Part shown: in pieces, positions 39,600 through 52,753 of the stretch
Position numbering within the stretch: position 1 is the stretch's first letter
Layout: every line of letters begins with the position of its first letter
NCBI GenBank assembly: GCA_013265495.1
Contig: MU057477.1
Coordinates: 124,001-183,711 of the forward strand
From: Vicugna vicugna
Taxonomy: Eukaryota
Direction: 5' to 3'
Length of the DNA stretch: 59,711 bases
Translations under genes and position numbers: made by a program
The notes under the pieces: model-generated
What the model was told of the DNA's origin: nothing
The model's database searches: none
What the model saw: the letters and a program-made list of their open reading frames with translations, nothing else

Positions 39600-40080
39600 T
39601 ACTTCCTTCCCTCTCACCCCCACAGTCATTTAGCCGCTAATCCACCCTATCTTGCCTCCTGCACATCTTATAGTCCACGTCCTCTCCTCCTTTCTAGCCC
39701 CGTGGGCACTCATTTGGTTCAGGCCTCCACCAAGTTTTACCTGGACTATTGCTATCATTTTCTTTCCATCTTTGACCGTCTCTGAATTATTCATCCCTTA
39801 AAACTCATCCCAGGCATCACTTCCTACTAAATAAGACCTAGCCATTTCTTTCTTTCTTGCTGCCGCCACTGAACCCTGTGTCAACCCATTCTATCATTCT
39901 GCCCAAATGTATTGTAATTGATGGTTTATATACTCATCTCCCCTACTTGACTGAGACTGTGAGCACCTTGAGGACTGGCATTATGTCCTCTTTATTTCTA
40001 CATCCCTCATGCCTGGCAGTGTTGGGCACACTCAGGGCTTAAAAAATGCTTGGTCAATGAATGAAAAAATAAACAAGTGC
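39600..40080 (+). mobile_element. L2 3' end fragment
   Basis: gactgtgagcaccttgagg...cctggcagtgttgggcaca...aatgaatgaa terminus. Confidence 0.7.
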
Positions 40081-41464
40081 CTGGGTAAATAAATGAAGGA
40101 GTCCGCTCAGTCCACTGATGAACTGTTATTAACTAGTAAACTCCTGATTGTCAGTTCCCAGCCAATATTTCTCCCTGGCGCTGCCAGTTCATGACAAATC
40201 ATATGATGGAAGATTATATCCTTGAAGATGACATCTACAAGCGATAGTTTCTCTTCTACCAATAATTATCTTCTCAAGATATAGAGTTATTTTTTCTTTT
40301 TGCAGGCTTTTGTAAGTATCATGCCTCATACCTCCATCTAGTGAAGCCAACTGGTAATACAGCAATTAAGATAGCTATGCATGAATATGAGAAAGACAAT
40401 TGCGAAAAATCATTTACAGAAAATCATCCTTCCTTTTCCAGGTTCAAAAACCTTCAGTTGTGTCTACTTTGTACTTTCTAGATTTCAGCAACTTTTTTTC
40501 TTGCCAAAATAACTCATTTCTAAATATCTGGATGGTGTCATGCCACTGGAAAATAATGTGGATATGTGAAAAATATTTACAATTAGCCTGTATTTCACCA
40601 TCTTTGTATCAAAAAGCCATTGATATTTATTAACACAGAATGTTAGTTAGGTATTTTATAGAATAACAGTTTTGTAAACCATGCAAACCATTCTAGCAAT
40701 TTACTTTAACTAGTATTTATCGAGTGATTTTTAGCGATCAAAATGAGCTTCATTTCATCATGATGCCCATTTTTGTGAGCTTAAAAACAAATACTATAAC
40801 TAAATAGTATATTGTTTAAATACCTGTCTGTCTGTCTTTTATCTGTCTATCTAGACTATAAAAAAAAGCAAGGGGGTCATGACCATAAAAACCTTCAGAA
40901 GAATGGTCACCTCTCTGGAGAGACAAGGGGAATGGATCAAAGAAAAACCTCTAGCAGCTTCGGTAGCTTCTAGAAATGTTTTTGTTCTGTGGGAGGTCAC
41001 AGGTTTATGAATTTTTATTTTATTGTTATCCTTCATAACTTAGATGCACATATTTTTTGATCCAGTAATCCCACTTTTGAGAATACCTCCTACAGAAACA
41101 AAGCACCAGGATACAAGGATACACATAAAAAAGGGAGAAGAAAGAAAGAAAAAGTAAAATAGAGAAATGATTGCAGGTACTACATAAGCTCCATGTATGG
41201 TTAACCAACAAAACTCTATATTCCTAGGAATATGTCAGAGCTTTCCAAGTCCTCTCTTGACATCTCGTTTCACAGCTTTTTTTGTTTTTGTTTTTTAAAG
41301 CATTTTGGTTAGCCTGTTGTTTGCTCCAACTCCTGTCTGCCACTTCAGACAGCCACAGTGTTAACCAAACAAAGCTCAGATTTTTGGTTTTGGCACCCTT
41401 CCAGGTTTGGTTTTGGCATCCCTGGCTTCTGTATTGGCTTACCACTTTAGTTTCAGTGCTTTTG

Positions 41465-41496
<32 letters not shown>

Positions 41497-43865
41497 ATTA
41501 TTTAGTACTTCTCTTAACTTTTTTGTGAATTGAGCAATGTATTTAAAAGTACATTTGGAAGTAATATCAGTGAAAAAGGCAAAGTAGAGCTCTCCAAGAA
41601 CTCTTCCCTTCATAAAAGCAAAAGAACACTGGCAAAAATGATCCGAATCAACTTTTTCAGAACTCTGGGAACTAACCAAAGGCTTGCAGCGATCTGCAGA
41701 GCATTTATTCAAGAACATAGGTGAGAACAGTGAGCTTTGGGACATTCTAACTTGCCCTATTCCTATTCACACCCTCCCCAGCTCCACAGTAGCCTAGAAA
41801 CCCAACATACTGCAATCATGGTGTTGACCTCAAACAAAGGGACTGCCAGCTACCTCTCCAACCAGAATGAGTTTATTTAGGATCAGCAGAGAATTGCAAT
41901 TCAGGGTCTGCAACCATGATGAGCCATGTGTAAGATCCCACCCAGCAAGGGGAAGAGAACTTTTCATAGAGTAGAAAAGGAAGTTGGGAGGGCTGTGGTA
42001 AACAAAGAATCCATGGTTCTCATTGGTTGAGTTCTTGCCAGGAAAGAAGAGGAGCCTTTCTTTTCTTGTTGGGTGTGAGAGCTTCCCCTTCTGGTCTTCT
42101 GACTCTATTTAATTGACGTTTCTATTTATTAATTCTTTACATTTTCCCCTTTTGATCAAGCTCTTTCTCTGAAAGCATCACCGATCAAGAGTCAGGTTTT
42201 CCAGTTTCAGTGGCTTTTTGTTGCTCAGTGCCAGGAAGGACCTTTCCTGGGTGTAGTGTCTTCTGTGGGAGGAAACGTACACAGACTGGAAACCTACTGA
42301 GGTAACACTGGAGTAATCAGGAGGGTTAAGGAGACAGTACGCTCAAGCACTTTTTATCTAAAGTTCATATGTTCACGTCTTATCAAGATCATAGACTTGG
42401 TAGATCCTCTGAAGCGTTACGTCATCGTCAAAGGTTTGGTAACAAACTTCCAACAGGCCTGGTTTGGATTATCTTGGGAAAGCTGTCTCATCAGATGCTG
42501 TCTGCTTCAGTTCCTGGAAATCTTTCCTTTTAGGTTTGGTGATTTCTGTAGGTGTGTCATGTGAATCTACGAGTCTATTCCTGGGGTCCAGTGGCACAGG
42601 GGATGATTAGTGCCTGATAGGAGCCTTTCCAGTGAGGTGGAAGAGAGTCTTTCTGAAGGTATCTTTTCCAATTGAAGAAATCTCCAGTTTTTAAGGTGTG
42701 ATGCTCAAGGTCTTTATCTCCTGAGAGTACACCGTGGAAAGATTGTTCTACCAAAACATGATTATTTTTAATAGAAGCAATTAGGCCTTTGTAATATTGA
42801 AGTATCTCTCCTCTTGCCTGTTGTGGATCAAAAGAGGCAGGAACCAGGGCATCCTGTGACTATCTCAAAGGGAGAAAGTCTCTAAGTTCCAAAAGGAGTG
42901 AGTGTCAGATTTACAATGATGCTTGTGGCCAAGGTAGCTGGAGGGCCTCTACAAGTTTTGCCAATTGAGTCTTAATAATGCCATCAGTGCCTTCGACTAA
43001 ACCAGAGGATTGAGGGTGGCAAGTGCAGTGAAAGAGTTGTAAACCTGGCCAAACTGCAATAATTTTACCTGCTGCTTTAGCTATTACTAAGATTCTAGGG
43101 CATTCTAAAGGGCAGCGGCTGTCATGAATCTAAGGCCGGGGTTGGGTATCCCCACGCCGCAGGATCCAGTCGCTGGCTGCAACATCCTGTGGGTCAACGG
43201 TGATCCCTGTGGTTTTGAGTGAGTACCCCAGGGCCATTACATTACTTTTCACGTACAAAAAGGAAAAGGGGAATCTGATAATTGGGATGCCCAAGGGCAG
43301 ATGAGTTCATCAGACTCTTCTGTAAGGCCTTAAAGGCTATGTCATATGGTTCTTCCCATAAAATTGGGTCAGGGTTGTTATTCTTTAGTAAAATATACTA
43401 AAGAGTTTTGACTATCAGAGAGAAATTTGGAATCCCATTTTGGCAATAACCAATTAGCCCAAGAAAATCTCCCAGTTGGCGCTTTTCATTTTGGGTTTGG
43501 GGAAACTCAGAACATCACGAGGTATGTCTGGATCTAGGTCAGCCCTTATTCTGAGAGTACATGCCCTAGATATTGAACCTGGGTTTGAACAAACTGCAAT
43601 TTTTCCTTGGCGATCTTACATCCCCTTAAGGCTAAAAGCTTTAGCAAGTGGCTGCCGTCTTCCGATGATGAGGCTTGAGGAGAGCAAGGAAGGAAATCAA
43701 ACCACATACTGCAACAAACTGGAACCTCTAGGGAATTTTATATCATCCAGATCAGCCTTCAGGATTTGTGAGGAATAAGTGGGACTCTCAGTAAACTCTG
43801 AGACATTACTGTCCAGGTGAATTGTTTTTCTTCCCAAGTGAAATCAAAAAGTATTGGCTAGTTTC

Positions 43866-44489
43866 CCCAGGAATCCCACTCCTGGGCATATATCCAGAAG
43901 GAACCCTACTTCCAAATGACACCTGCACCCCAATGTTCATAGCAGCACTATTCACAATGGCCAAGATATGGAAACAGCCTACATGTCCATGATGACTGGA
44001 TAAAGAAGATGTGGTATATTTATACCATGGAATACTATACAGCCATAAAACGACAACATAATGCCATTTGCAGCAACATGGATGTTCCTGGAGAATGTCA
44101 TTCTAAGCGAAGTAAGCCAGAAAGAGAAAGAAAGATACCATATGAGATAACTCATATGTGGAATCTAAAACAAAACAAAACAAAACAAAAACCAAAAAAA
44201 CCATTAATACAAAACAGAAACAGACTCATAGACATAGAATACAAACTTGTAGTTGCCAAGGTGGGGGGGGGTGGGAAGGGACAGACTGGGATTTTAAAAT
44301 GTAGAGTAGATAAACAAGATATATTGTGTAGCACAGGGAAACAGATACAAGATCTTGTGGTAGCTCACAGTGAAAAAGAATGTGACAATGAATATATGTA
44401 TATTCATGTGTAATTGAAAAATTGTGCTCTACACTGGAATTTGACACAACATTGTAAAATGACTATAACTCAATAAAAAATGTTTTTAA
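43866..44489 (+). mobile_element. Young L1 3' fragment inserted into the ERV RT region
   Basis: Perfect 20-bp TSD aaaaagtattggctagtttc at 43846-43865 and 44490-44509; closely similar to the L1 at 36190-36809. Confidence 0.93.
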
Positions 44490-45070
44490 AAAAAGTATTG
44501 GCTAGTTTCATCAGTTGGAATACTAAAGAATACACTGCATAAATCAAAGTCAGTAAGGAATTTGTTTCTAGCGGAAATGGATGTTTAGCAATAGAAGAGG
44601 GTTAAGAACAGCAGTGTTGAGGGATAACATGTTGTTTCTTGCTCAGAGGTCTTGGACAAACTTCCACTCGCAGCCCTTAGGTTTTTCTCACAGGTGAAAT
44701 AGGAGTATTACAGGGACTGGTACAAGGGATAATGAGGCCTCGAGATTTATAATCTTCTATTGTGGGCTTTATGCCTTGAAGGCTTCTTTACTTATAGGCT
44801 ATTGGTTAATTCTGAGGACAGGCTTTGAGGGATCTATTTGAATTTCGATGGAAAGTGCACTGTGCATTTTGCTAATATCAGTGGAGATTTTGTCTGTTGG
44901 GTGGGGGGGTGAGGTTGGTAGCTAACTCAATAGGGACAAATGATCAGTGTTTCCAGAATCAGCTCCAGAACCAACAGAGACAGAGCAAGTAAAAGATGTC
45001 AAAACGTCATTTAATTGACCTGATTGGCTGCCTTGACGACTACTGTCAAATTCTATAATTATTTCTCTTT

Positions 45071-45647
45071 ATTTTATTTTATTTTATTGAGTTATAGTCA
45101 GTTTACAATGTTGTGTCTATTTCTGGTGTAGAGCACAATTTTTCAGTCATATATGAATATATGTATATTCGTTTTCACAGTGGGCTACCACAAGATCTTG
45201 TAAATATTTCCCTGTGCTATACAGTATAAACTTATTTATCTGTTCTATATATACCTTTCAGTATCTACCAATTTTGAACTCCCAGTCTGTTCCTTCCCAC
45301 CCCACTCCCCCTGGCAACCACAAGTTTATATTCTATATATATGAGTCTGTTTCTGTTTTATATTTAAGTTCATTTCTTTTCTTTTCTTTTCTTTTCTTTT
45401 TTTCAGATTCCACATATGAGCGATCTCATATGGTATTTTTCTTTCTCTTTCTGTCTTACTTCACTTAGAATGACATTCTCTAAGGACATCCATGTTGCTG
45501 CAAATGGCATGATGTTGTCATTTTTAATGGCTGGATAGTATTCCATTGTGTAAATATACTACAACTTCTTTATCCAGTCATCTGTCAACAGACATTTAGG
45601 CTGTTTCCATGACTTGGCTATTGTAAATAGTGCTGCCATGAACATTG
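45071..45647 (-). mobile_element. L1 3' fragment inserted at the ERV pro/pol junction
   Basis: Antisense L1 3'UTR with T-rich tail; imperfect TSD aattatttctcttt / aattatttcccctt. Confidence 0.88.
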
Positions 45648-46083
45648 AATTATTTCCCCTTTTTGAGAGAAGGAAATTCCAGCATGATACTTTAAGAAGT
45701 CTCAGCCTAATAAATAGATAGCAGTGGAGGAACTAAGGAGAAATGGACATGTGTCTCTCAAAGGTCCTAAATGAAAGGGAGTAAGTTCAGAGACAGGAGC
45801 CTCTTGAGAGGTTCATTAGTGATGCCCGCCATTTGAACTGTTTCAGTGTCCCTAGCCAGGGGCTACTTTAGAGTTAAAGCTACCTGGGTAGAATCAACAT
45901 CTGAAGGAAGGTCAGAATTGTCTTTTAAAACAATCTGAAGTCGACTGTACAGGTTGTGAACAGCTTCATCAGATTTTTGCATGCAAGCCTGAATTTTCTT
46001 CCAGCAGGCTTTGGAAAAACCCCAGGAATTGCCCGCCTAGTGATTGTTGAGCCTGATCGCGTAATTAGTTAGCAGGCTGGTTT

Positions 46084-46644
46084 TGAGAAGGTAATCGTCA
46101 GCCAGTTCCATTACACTGGTAACCTGCCTTCGCTGATCAAGCTTGCTTTAACTGTTTTTACAAAAACTTGCATGTCCTCTGAGAGTCAGGTAACTCACGT
46201 AATGTTTACCTGACTTGTTTTTTTTTTTCGAAACTTGGAGTCAGCTGTGTCCAGTTTGAGCTCCAGCTGGTTAAGACCACCGACCCTCCAACTGGACATG
46301 CTCAGTGACCTTTTGACATCAAAGGGCCCAAAACGCCATCCTCACAGCATTCTAACCCTGCTATTTTCTGAGCATGCGTACTGGGAAGATGTCTGTAGCT
46401 TAGTCGTTTCTACGCAGGGCGAAGATCACCTCACCTTTTTCTTGTCTCCAGTTAGCTTTCCCCACGCTTCCCACGCCTCAGCTTTATCCCATAAATACTC
46501 CAAGCCCCTTACCTTTGGGGAGGTAAGTTTGAGACTTGTCTTTTCGCTTGTCTGCCTTGTGATTAAGCCCTTTCTCTGCTACAAACCTCGGCGTCTCAGC
46601 ATTGGCTTGCTGCAAGTTGGGGAAAGGAGCCTGGTTCGGTGACA
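46084..46644 (+). mobile_element. Solo LTR (ERV1, MER34/MER39-like 3' end) inserted in the ERV gag, opposite orientation
   Basis: TG...CA ends (TGAGAAGG...GGTTCGGTGACA); 4-bp TSD GTTT at 46080-46083 and 46645-46648; cataaata TATA-like box. Confidence 0.8.
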
Positions 46645-48199
46645 GTTTCCCAGCTGTATTTCTAGATACCTTTCAGGATTTTCCCACTTAGCAGTTTTTA
46701 TTCAGTGTTGGGCCTGGCCTTCACTGACAGGCATAGGAACTAGCTGATTAAGTCAGAAAAACCAGTCACCAAGTTTGAGTGACTCTTAGCTTCTTCAGCA
46801 AATGTATGAGGCTCTTCAGTTACGTTGGGAAAATCCATGACTATGGCTCAAAGTTCAGCTTTCCTTCAGAGAATATGAGAAATCAAGGGTTTAGTCTCTG
46901 GGTCCTCAGTAGGCTTAATTTTAAAGGGACAGGTTCTGAAAAGTGCAGAGGAAAAGGAAGTGGGGAGAGTTTCAGAAAAAAAGGTAAGTTAGGCAAGAGG
47001 GTTAGTTTGGGGAAGTGAGGGTATAGAGGAGGTGGAGACAGGAAGGGAGAAGATGGCACCAGAGGTGGGGCCTGAGCATAAGGCGCTGAGGGGGAGAGAC
47101 AAGATGGCGGCAGAAGCTGTTTTCTCTTTCTTTAATCATAATGACTGAGAGACTGGTTCCAGGCACCTGAGGGAGTCTCTAATTACTAGCTGACCATTAT
47201 GTTAAACAAGCTGATTTCAGTGGTCGTACTGTACAAAGAATACAGAGTTTCAGAAAAGTCACTTAACAAATAACAACAAATCCTGGGGAGAGGGGGAAAA
47301 TCCAGTTTCCACTTGTTATGGTATGTAAAAAGTCCAGTTTTCAATTAAAAAATCTAAAAAGGAACAAGAACTGTGACCCTTAGAAGGGCTTCCAGGCCTT
47401 TTTTCATCTTCTGTGAGACAGGGAAGCTGGAGGGAGCTATGGTTGTCACATTGCCCTTCTGCAAGGTCAGATAAGGCTCTGGTAAGGTAGCTCTCTGTAG
47501 AGCAAGTCTTTCTCAAGGAATAGGATCCTCTGGGCATATTTCAAAAATGGTCCAGCCTTGAAGTTGTCAACCTGACACTGAAGTCAGTGACCATGTTTTA
47601 TTTGTTTTTGTAACTTTCAAAGTGCTTTACAGACATAATAATAAATGACTTTAATCTCTTTTTCCATGTCTTCAACTGACCATTTATTCAGCATCAGAAT
47701 ATGTACCAACGCAGACTGTCAAATTTATCTTTATTTCTCTTTTGGTGGTAATTTTTATGTTGTAATTTCCATATAAAAATGTCTGTTTCCTACGTTCCTC
47801 CCCCCATATTTGTCTTCATTTGTTTGGTATTTGTTTACACCTTTCAGATTTACTCTGCCAAGAATATGGGTGTATTTTTAGCTTACAACTAATACTTGAT
47901 TGCTGCTTCTCAATCCTATGAAGTAATAGCTTGAGTTAAACTAAAATTTCTTTCCTCATTCCTGCATCAACCTTGCCTATTGTAAGTAAAGTTAACATCG
48001 GCCAGAAAACACTCAGCCCTCTGGTCATTCTCTCCAAACAACCAACAGGGGAAGCCAAAAAGCTCAGTGTAACCTTCAGAATCATAATATGGAAAAAGCA
48101 TCCCCTCCACTAGATGCGAAAGTGCGCTTTGAGATTATCATCCTGGGATCTTTCATCGTGGTACCCCCACCCCCATCTTTAAGGAGAGCAGCGTCAGTT

Positions 48200-49000
48200 C
48201 CTAAGTACCCGTTATCTGGAGCCACGCTCACTGTGTTCTCCACTCCGCTACGTCTCAGGACTCCGTGGAATCTGTTGTTTAGGGTTGCCATGGACACGGA
48301 GTTCTTTTTCTAGTAGTGGCTTTTTGCCGGCCCCAGGTAAAGACCTAGGACGGGCGCCTCCGTACAAGGGCAGCTGAAGGGTTGGGGCGGAGCAGGGATA
48401 GGGGTCTTTAAACGCGGTATACAGGACACTTTACCTTGTGGTAAGCTGTGGGGAGCACTGATTAACGTTCGTCTCCTCTCCCGGGGACTTCTCAGAGCCC
48501 CCTCACTCTCAGGGATGTGGGGGTGGAGTGGATGGGGACACTAGGTCGTTGTAGGACAAAGTAGCAGTAACCTTGCGTCTGGCCGGGAACTGGGTCAAGA
48601 TTTGACTTAACGGGCGTAGTTTGAGGATATTAAAAATGAAAAAAAGAATGGAAAGAGAGAAAGAAAAAGGCATTATCCTGTAAGGCAGCAGGAGAGAAAA
48701 CTGCTACCCAGGATCTTGAGTAAAGTTCGCTCCCGATTAGGACAAGTTGTACCCTAGCCACAAAACGCGCCCCACAGCCCCGCAGCCCCAGCCCCTTCCG
48801 AGACGCAGCGCCTCCGCTAAAGCAGCCTTGCCTGCGGGTAGGCGGATCCCGGGGCTGCAGGGAGCGGGGCCCAGAAACCGGGCTCTGCTTCGCCCGCCCT
48901 GGCTCTCGGGGCGCTGCCTCTCGTGAACCGAGGCCGCGGCCTCCCAGCTTTGGGCTTCCTACTCCCACTGCGCATGAGCTGGTATCCCTCAAAGGTATGG
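48200..49000 (+). promoter_or_regulatory. CpG-rich promoter region and probable non-coding first exon (candidate donor CAG|GTAAAG at 48336/48337) of the downstream gene
   Basis: Local CpG enrichment against a CpG-poor background; GC-box GGGGCGGAG (~48384); X-box-like GTTGCCATGGACAC at 48284-48297; lies about 1 kb upstream of the ATG exon. Confidence 0.6.
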
Positions 49001-49728
49001 AATTTAACAGGTGACTGGGTCCCAAGCCCAAAACTCAAAATCAACATTTATGCCCAAATTGGTCTGTTTATAAAATTTAAAAAAAATTCCTATTTGTTTT
49101 TATCTTTCTCTCCTTGCCCAGAATTTAGGGGCTTGTGGCACACTTCCGGCTGCCTTAGTGTGGTCATCATATGATTACTTGCCAGCTTGGCAATGTCTTT
49201 TATTCTCCAGTGATTTATCACAGTTTGTATGCATGAAATCTGCTCTGTGAAGTGTTGAGGGTCACATCTCTTTATTATTCTACAGAATCTTTCAGGATGT
49301 GATTTATTCTACAGAATATCTCGTGATGGAAATCTCATGTCACTATGATCATGTAAAGTTGGTTTGAAACGGGTTTTGTTTCATTTTTTGGATCCTGTGT
49401 AGCAAGTGGGCAATCTTTAAAGTGTCCTTACTTGAGCTAAACTTAAATTTTATTGAACACTCAAAAAAGATTTTCCTCTATTTCTTGAACTACAATATTA
49501 GAGACAAATAGCCAATGCATGTTTCACAGGACTGATAAGATTGCACAGAATGGCACATTTTATGCTTGTGGATTCAAGACTTTGGAAATGCTGATCCATG
49601 CCTAATAAGTCCTATGTATGACTTTCTTTCTAACTGGTGGAATATCATATGTGTTTTAAACATGTTAAATATGTGCTTTTCCTTTTCTTAGATTAATTGT
49701 AGATTAAATTCAACCACGAGACAATGCC

Positions 49729-49781
49729 ATGAAGAGATTGAAGGACAACCTATATGGTTGGTTCAGACCTCAAAAAAATAA
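49729..49781 (+). CDS. TPTE2: Putative TPTE/TPTE2 first coding exon (coding part): MKRLKDNLYGWFRPQKN(K)
   Basis: Acceptor ccttttcttag| at 49691 (alternative at 49702); gccATG Kozak context; AA|gtaagt donor in phase 2, in frame with the next exon; gene identity inferred from synteny and exon architecture. Confidence 0.6.
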
Positions 49782-50529
49782 GTAAGTGAGAAGATTCAAA
49801 GTTACTGAATTTTAAGCATAATTTTCAGCCTCTGTTAATAGAATCCAATGCACGTGTACCTTTAATAAATGTAAATAATATGCAAAAGAAATTGGCAAAC
49901 AATTTAAAGACCTTGTTTTATGCCTGTAACTTCCTTAAAAATACCACATCTTAGGCAGTGTGCTAGTGATAATATGCATGTACCAGTTAAGGTCACTTCA
50001 AACTTCTCCTCCAGGGGTGGCTGGTTGCCCACATGGAGGATGTTCTGTCTGGAGGTGGTAACCATTTCTGGACACGGCCACTACAAGGGCTTCAGTTGTC
50101 CCATTTCCTTCAACACCTGAAACATTGCTAATTACCACAGAGAAGGTCACAAATGCATTTTTATTAGCAAGATTACTGGTTTGCAAATCAGTATGATGGA
50201 TGTGAGAAATACACAGATGTTCAAGGTCTGTGAACTGGCAAAAGTAAATAACAGTAACTGTCTCAAGGGATGTAATGAGGACTAAATGAAGTAATATTTG
50301 GGACGCATCAGCACAATGCCTAGCACTTGGTAAATACCTTTTCAATGTTTGTTAGACGAAATATCACTTTTGTGGTATTATTTCTTTAATTTGGGCAAAT
50401 TTATCCTTATTTAAAAATTTTTTTCCATTTTATAATTTATTCTTAGATGTCGATAAACTAGGTGTTAGATGTATTTTTATCCTCCATATCAATTGGCTTT
50501 TCTTTTGTATATTGTCTGTCTTAATTCTT

Positions 50530-50679
50530 TTTTTTTAACTTTTTAAAAATTAAAAAAAATTTTTCTTGTGGGCAGAGGTAATTAAGCTTATTTATTTTTA
50601 AGTGGAGGTACTGGGACTTGAACCCAGGACCTTGTGCTTGCGGGGCAGGCACTCTACCCGTGAGCTATATCCTCCTCCC
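50530..50679 (-). mobile_element. Vic-1-type SINE
   Basis: ggaggtactgggacttgaacccaggacc...cactctacccgtgagctatatcctcctccc. Confidence 0.8.
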
Positions 50680-52471
50680 TGTATGGTTGTGTCTTTATTC
50701 TTTTCTACTATTTTTTCTGGGAGAGTTTCTCAAGTTCATCTTCCAACTCTAAACTAATTTGCCTTTCACATGTATCCAAACTACTCTTTATCCCATGAAT
50801 GGATTCTTTATTTCAACAATTCTACTTTTACATGTAAGATTTCCTGTTGGGTTTTTTTTCCTTAAGGCTTCTTCTTCTCATTTCATGTTCCTAACATCTT
50901 CCCTTGTATCTGTAAGTGTGCTTCTCATTCGTACCCAAAAACCTTGGTCAGTGTGTTCCGCTGGTTCTGCTTCAGATGGTACATGTTGCTCAGTTTGGTG
51001 TATTTCTTTTGCTTGTTGTACTCTGTTTTGACTTGTGAGCTCATATTCATTGTGGCCGTCGGCCCCTCTGTCTAGTAACCAGTATTAGGGAAGGGCTGAA
51101 GGTGGGACAATCTCTGTCTGTGGCTGTTGTCTCAACATAATTATTAACAGCATGTCCTTGTCACTTTCAAAAGTGTCCTGGCTTGGGCAAGGTATTATAT
51201 AGGCAACTAGTTGAAAGCTGGGACCTAGGGTGTGTTTTTCTCAATAAGTTTAACGTGAGGGGAGATGATAAGCTTGGGCATAGAGTTTCAGGGACCACGA
51301 AACACTATGACCAGGTAATTCGTGTGGTCAGGTATGCCACCTTTAAGCTCATGGGCAAAGCAGCCTTGGAGGAGGCAGTGACTCTAGGTTGTCACCTGGG
51401 GCTTTGGAGATGGGCTGGTTGTGTAAGAGTGAATGCCCAAGGACTGCTCTTCAGCCTTTCCCTGTTTTCATCAGCTAACCTAATGCCACTGGAGTATTAT
51501 TACCTACCTACACCTGGGTGGTTGCTACTGGTTTCTACTGAGAAGGCAGTGATTGTCTCCAACTCAAGGGAAAGACAAGAACAGAACTTAAAATTGTCCC
51601 GCCCCCTGGGCCCCTCCAGACTGACGCCAGCTGCCCTTTCCCACAGCCTGTCTGCCAGTTAAGGATGGACTCCTCTAGAATGTCCCAGGGTTTGTCTTGT
51701 TGTTTCTTGGAATTCATACTTCTGTTGGACTTCTACAGTTTTGGGAGGAAGACTGTCTCTCATCTCAGATAGGAACTCAAGATTTCCCAGGAAATTATGG
51801 AGTGTATTACTTTGAGAATCTTTGTGTTTAAAATTTAAAACATGTATGAGTTTTATATTGTTGTCATGTACTGGCTTTTGGCATAGCATTTGGTGAAGAA
51901 GACAGGCTGCCTAACCAGTAATATTGGTGAAATGGTAAATATTTAGCAGGCTTTTATGACGTGAACAGATGCAAAGTGCATTTTCATGTGTCTTATTTGA
52001 CAGGTGAGGAAATTGAGTTGTGAAGAGGTTAAATTATCCAAGCCAGTGATTTGGTGGTGAGAAGTCTTGATTTTGGATAAGATAACCAGATATGTTTTTG
52101 AAATTCAGAGAAAAAGAAAAAGGAACCATTCTAAACATGCTCTACCTCTAGTTCAGAAAAAGAAAGAAAGAAATATTATACTATATAGGTCACTGTTGAC
52201 CTAACTACCTATTTCTTCTCTACCAAATGATGGACAGGGACTAGTCGTTGGCATTGGAATATTCATTGTTCTGGCATTTTCTTTTTCTGTATCCCTTCCT
52301 TAGCTGTTACCTGGATCCACCTCCCTATCCCTGCGTTCTCACATCTTTCATGTTTCTCAGATTCCTTCCAGAGCGTGTGAATGTTGACAAAGTGGGGAAG
52401 AAGAAAGGAGGTTTAATAATGCCACACCTCCCTTTACTTCTTTCCTTCTCCTTCCAGTGGATTCACAGACA

Positions 52472-52474
<3 letters not shown>

Positions 52475-52530
<56 letters not shown>
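52475..52530. repeat. (CA)n microsatellite, about 28 units
   Basis: Directly visible; a shorter (TG)n lies at about 41464-41496. Confidence 0.95.
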
Positions 52531-52533
<3 letters not shown>

Positions 52534-52705
52534 AGAGGCTGTCTCAGAGGTCTCAGTGCTGTCCCCTGAAGCTGTTTCCTTAGTTTCTGCCATGTTTCTT
52601 CATGATTTTACTTTTCATATCCTGAAATTCTATCAGAAAAAAGAACGCAATTGCCTTCCAAACTGTCTGACTTGATTTTTTGTGTGTTTTTTCACCCTTT
52701 GGCAG

Positions 52706-52753
52706 AGTTATGGATGCCCCTTCGGGCTCCTCTGACAACACTGACAGTGTAAG
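52706..52753 (+). CDS. TPTE2: Putative TPTE/TPTE2 micro-exon, 48 nt, phase 2-2: VMDAPSGSSDNTDSV(R)
   Basis: ttttttcaccctttggcag| acceptor and AAG|gtgagt donor; no stop codon; internal in-frame ATG at 52710 is a possible alternative start. Confidence 0.68.

Larger units (their letters stand above)
41822..47130 (-). mobile_element. Degraded class-I (ERV1/gamma-like) provirus: 3' LTR 41822-42141, PPT 42142-42153, and remnants of IN, RT, PR and gag; no 5' LTR or env seen
   Basis: Minus-strand translations: IN FHCTCHPQSSGLVEGTDGIIKTQLAKL (~42960-43050); RT FTWEEKQFTWTVMSQ, SSLLQYV and FLGLIGYC (~43400-43850); PR end IYLLG*DFLKYHAGISFSQKGEI (~45650-45730); gag WKKIQACMQKSDEAVHNLYSRLQ (~45930-46010); AAAAGGGGAAAA PPT abuts TGTAAAG; many stops and frameshifts. 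Confidence 0.9.

Noticed and set aside
40130..40190. Minus-strand peptide TGSAREKYWLGTDN, reminiscent of the fibrinogen C-domain YWLG motif
   Set aside because: Isolated motif followed closely by stops; I found no accompanying GWTVIQR, GFG or FST motifs or exon structure, so it is compatible with chance
52361..52391. Possible additional TPTE2-like micro-exon after tttctcag
   Set aside because: 31 nt with a weak gtgggg donor; it would break the phase-2 frame and lacks the shared acceptor signature
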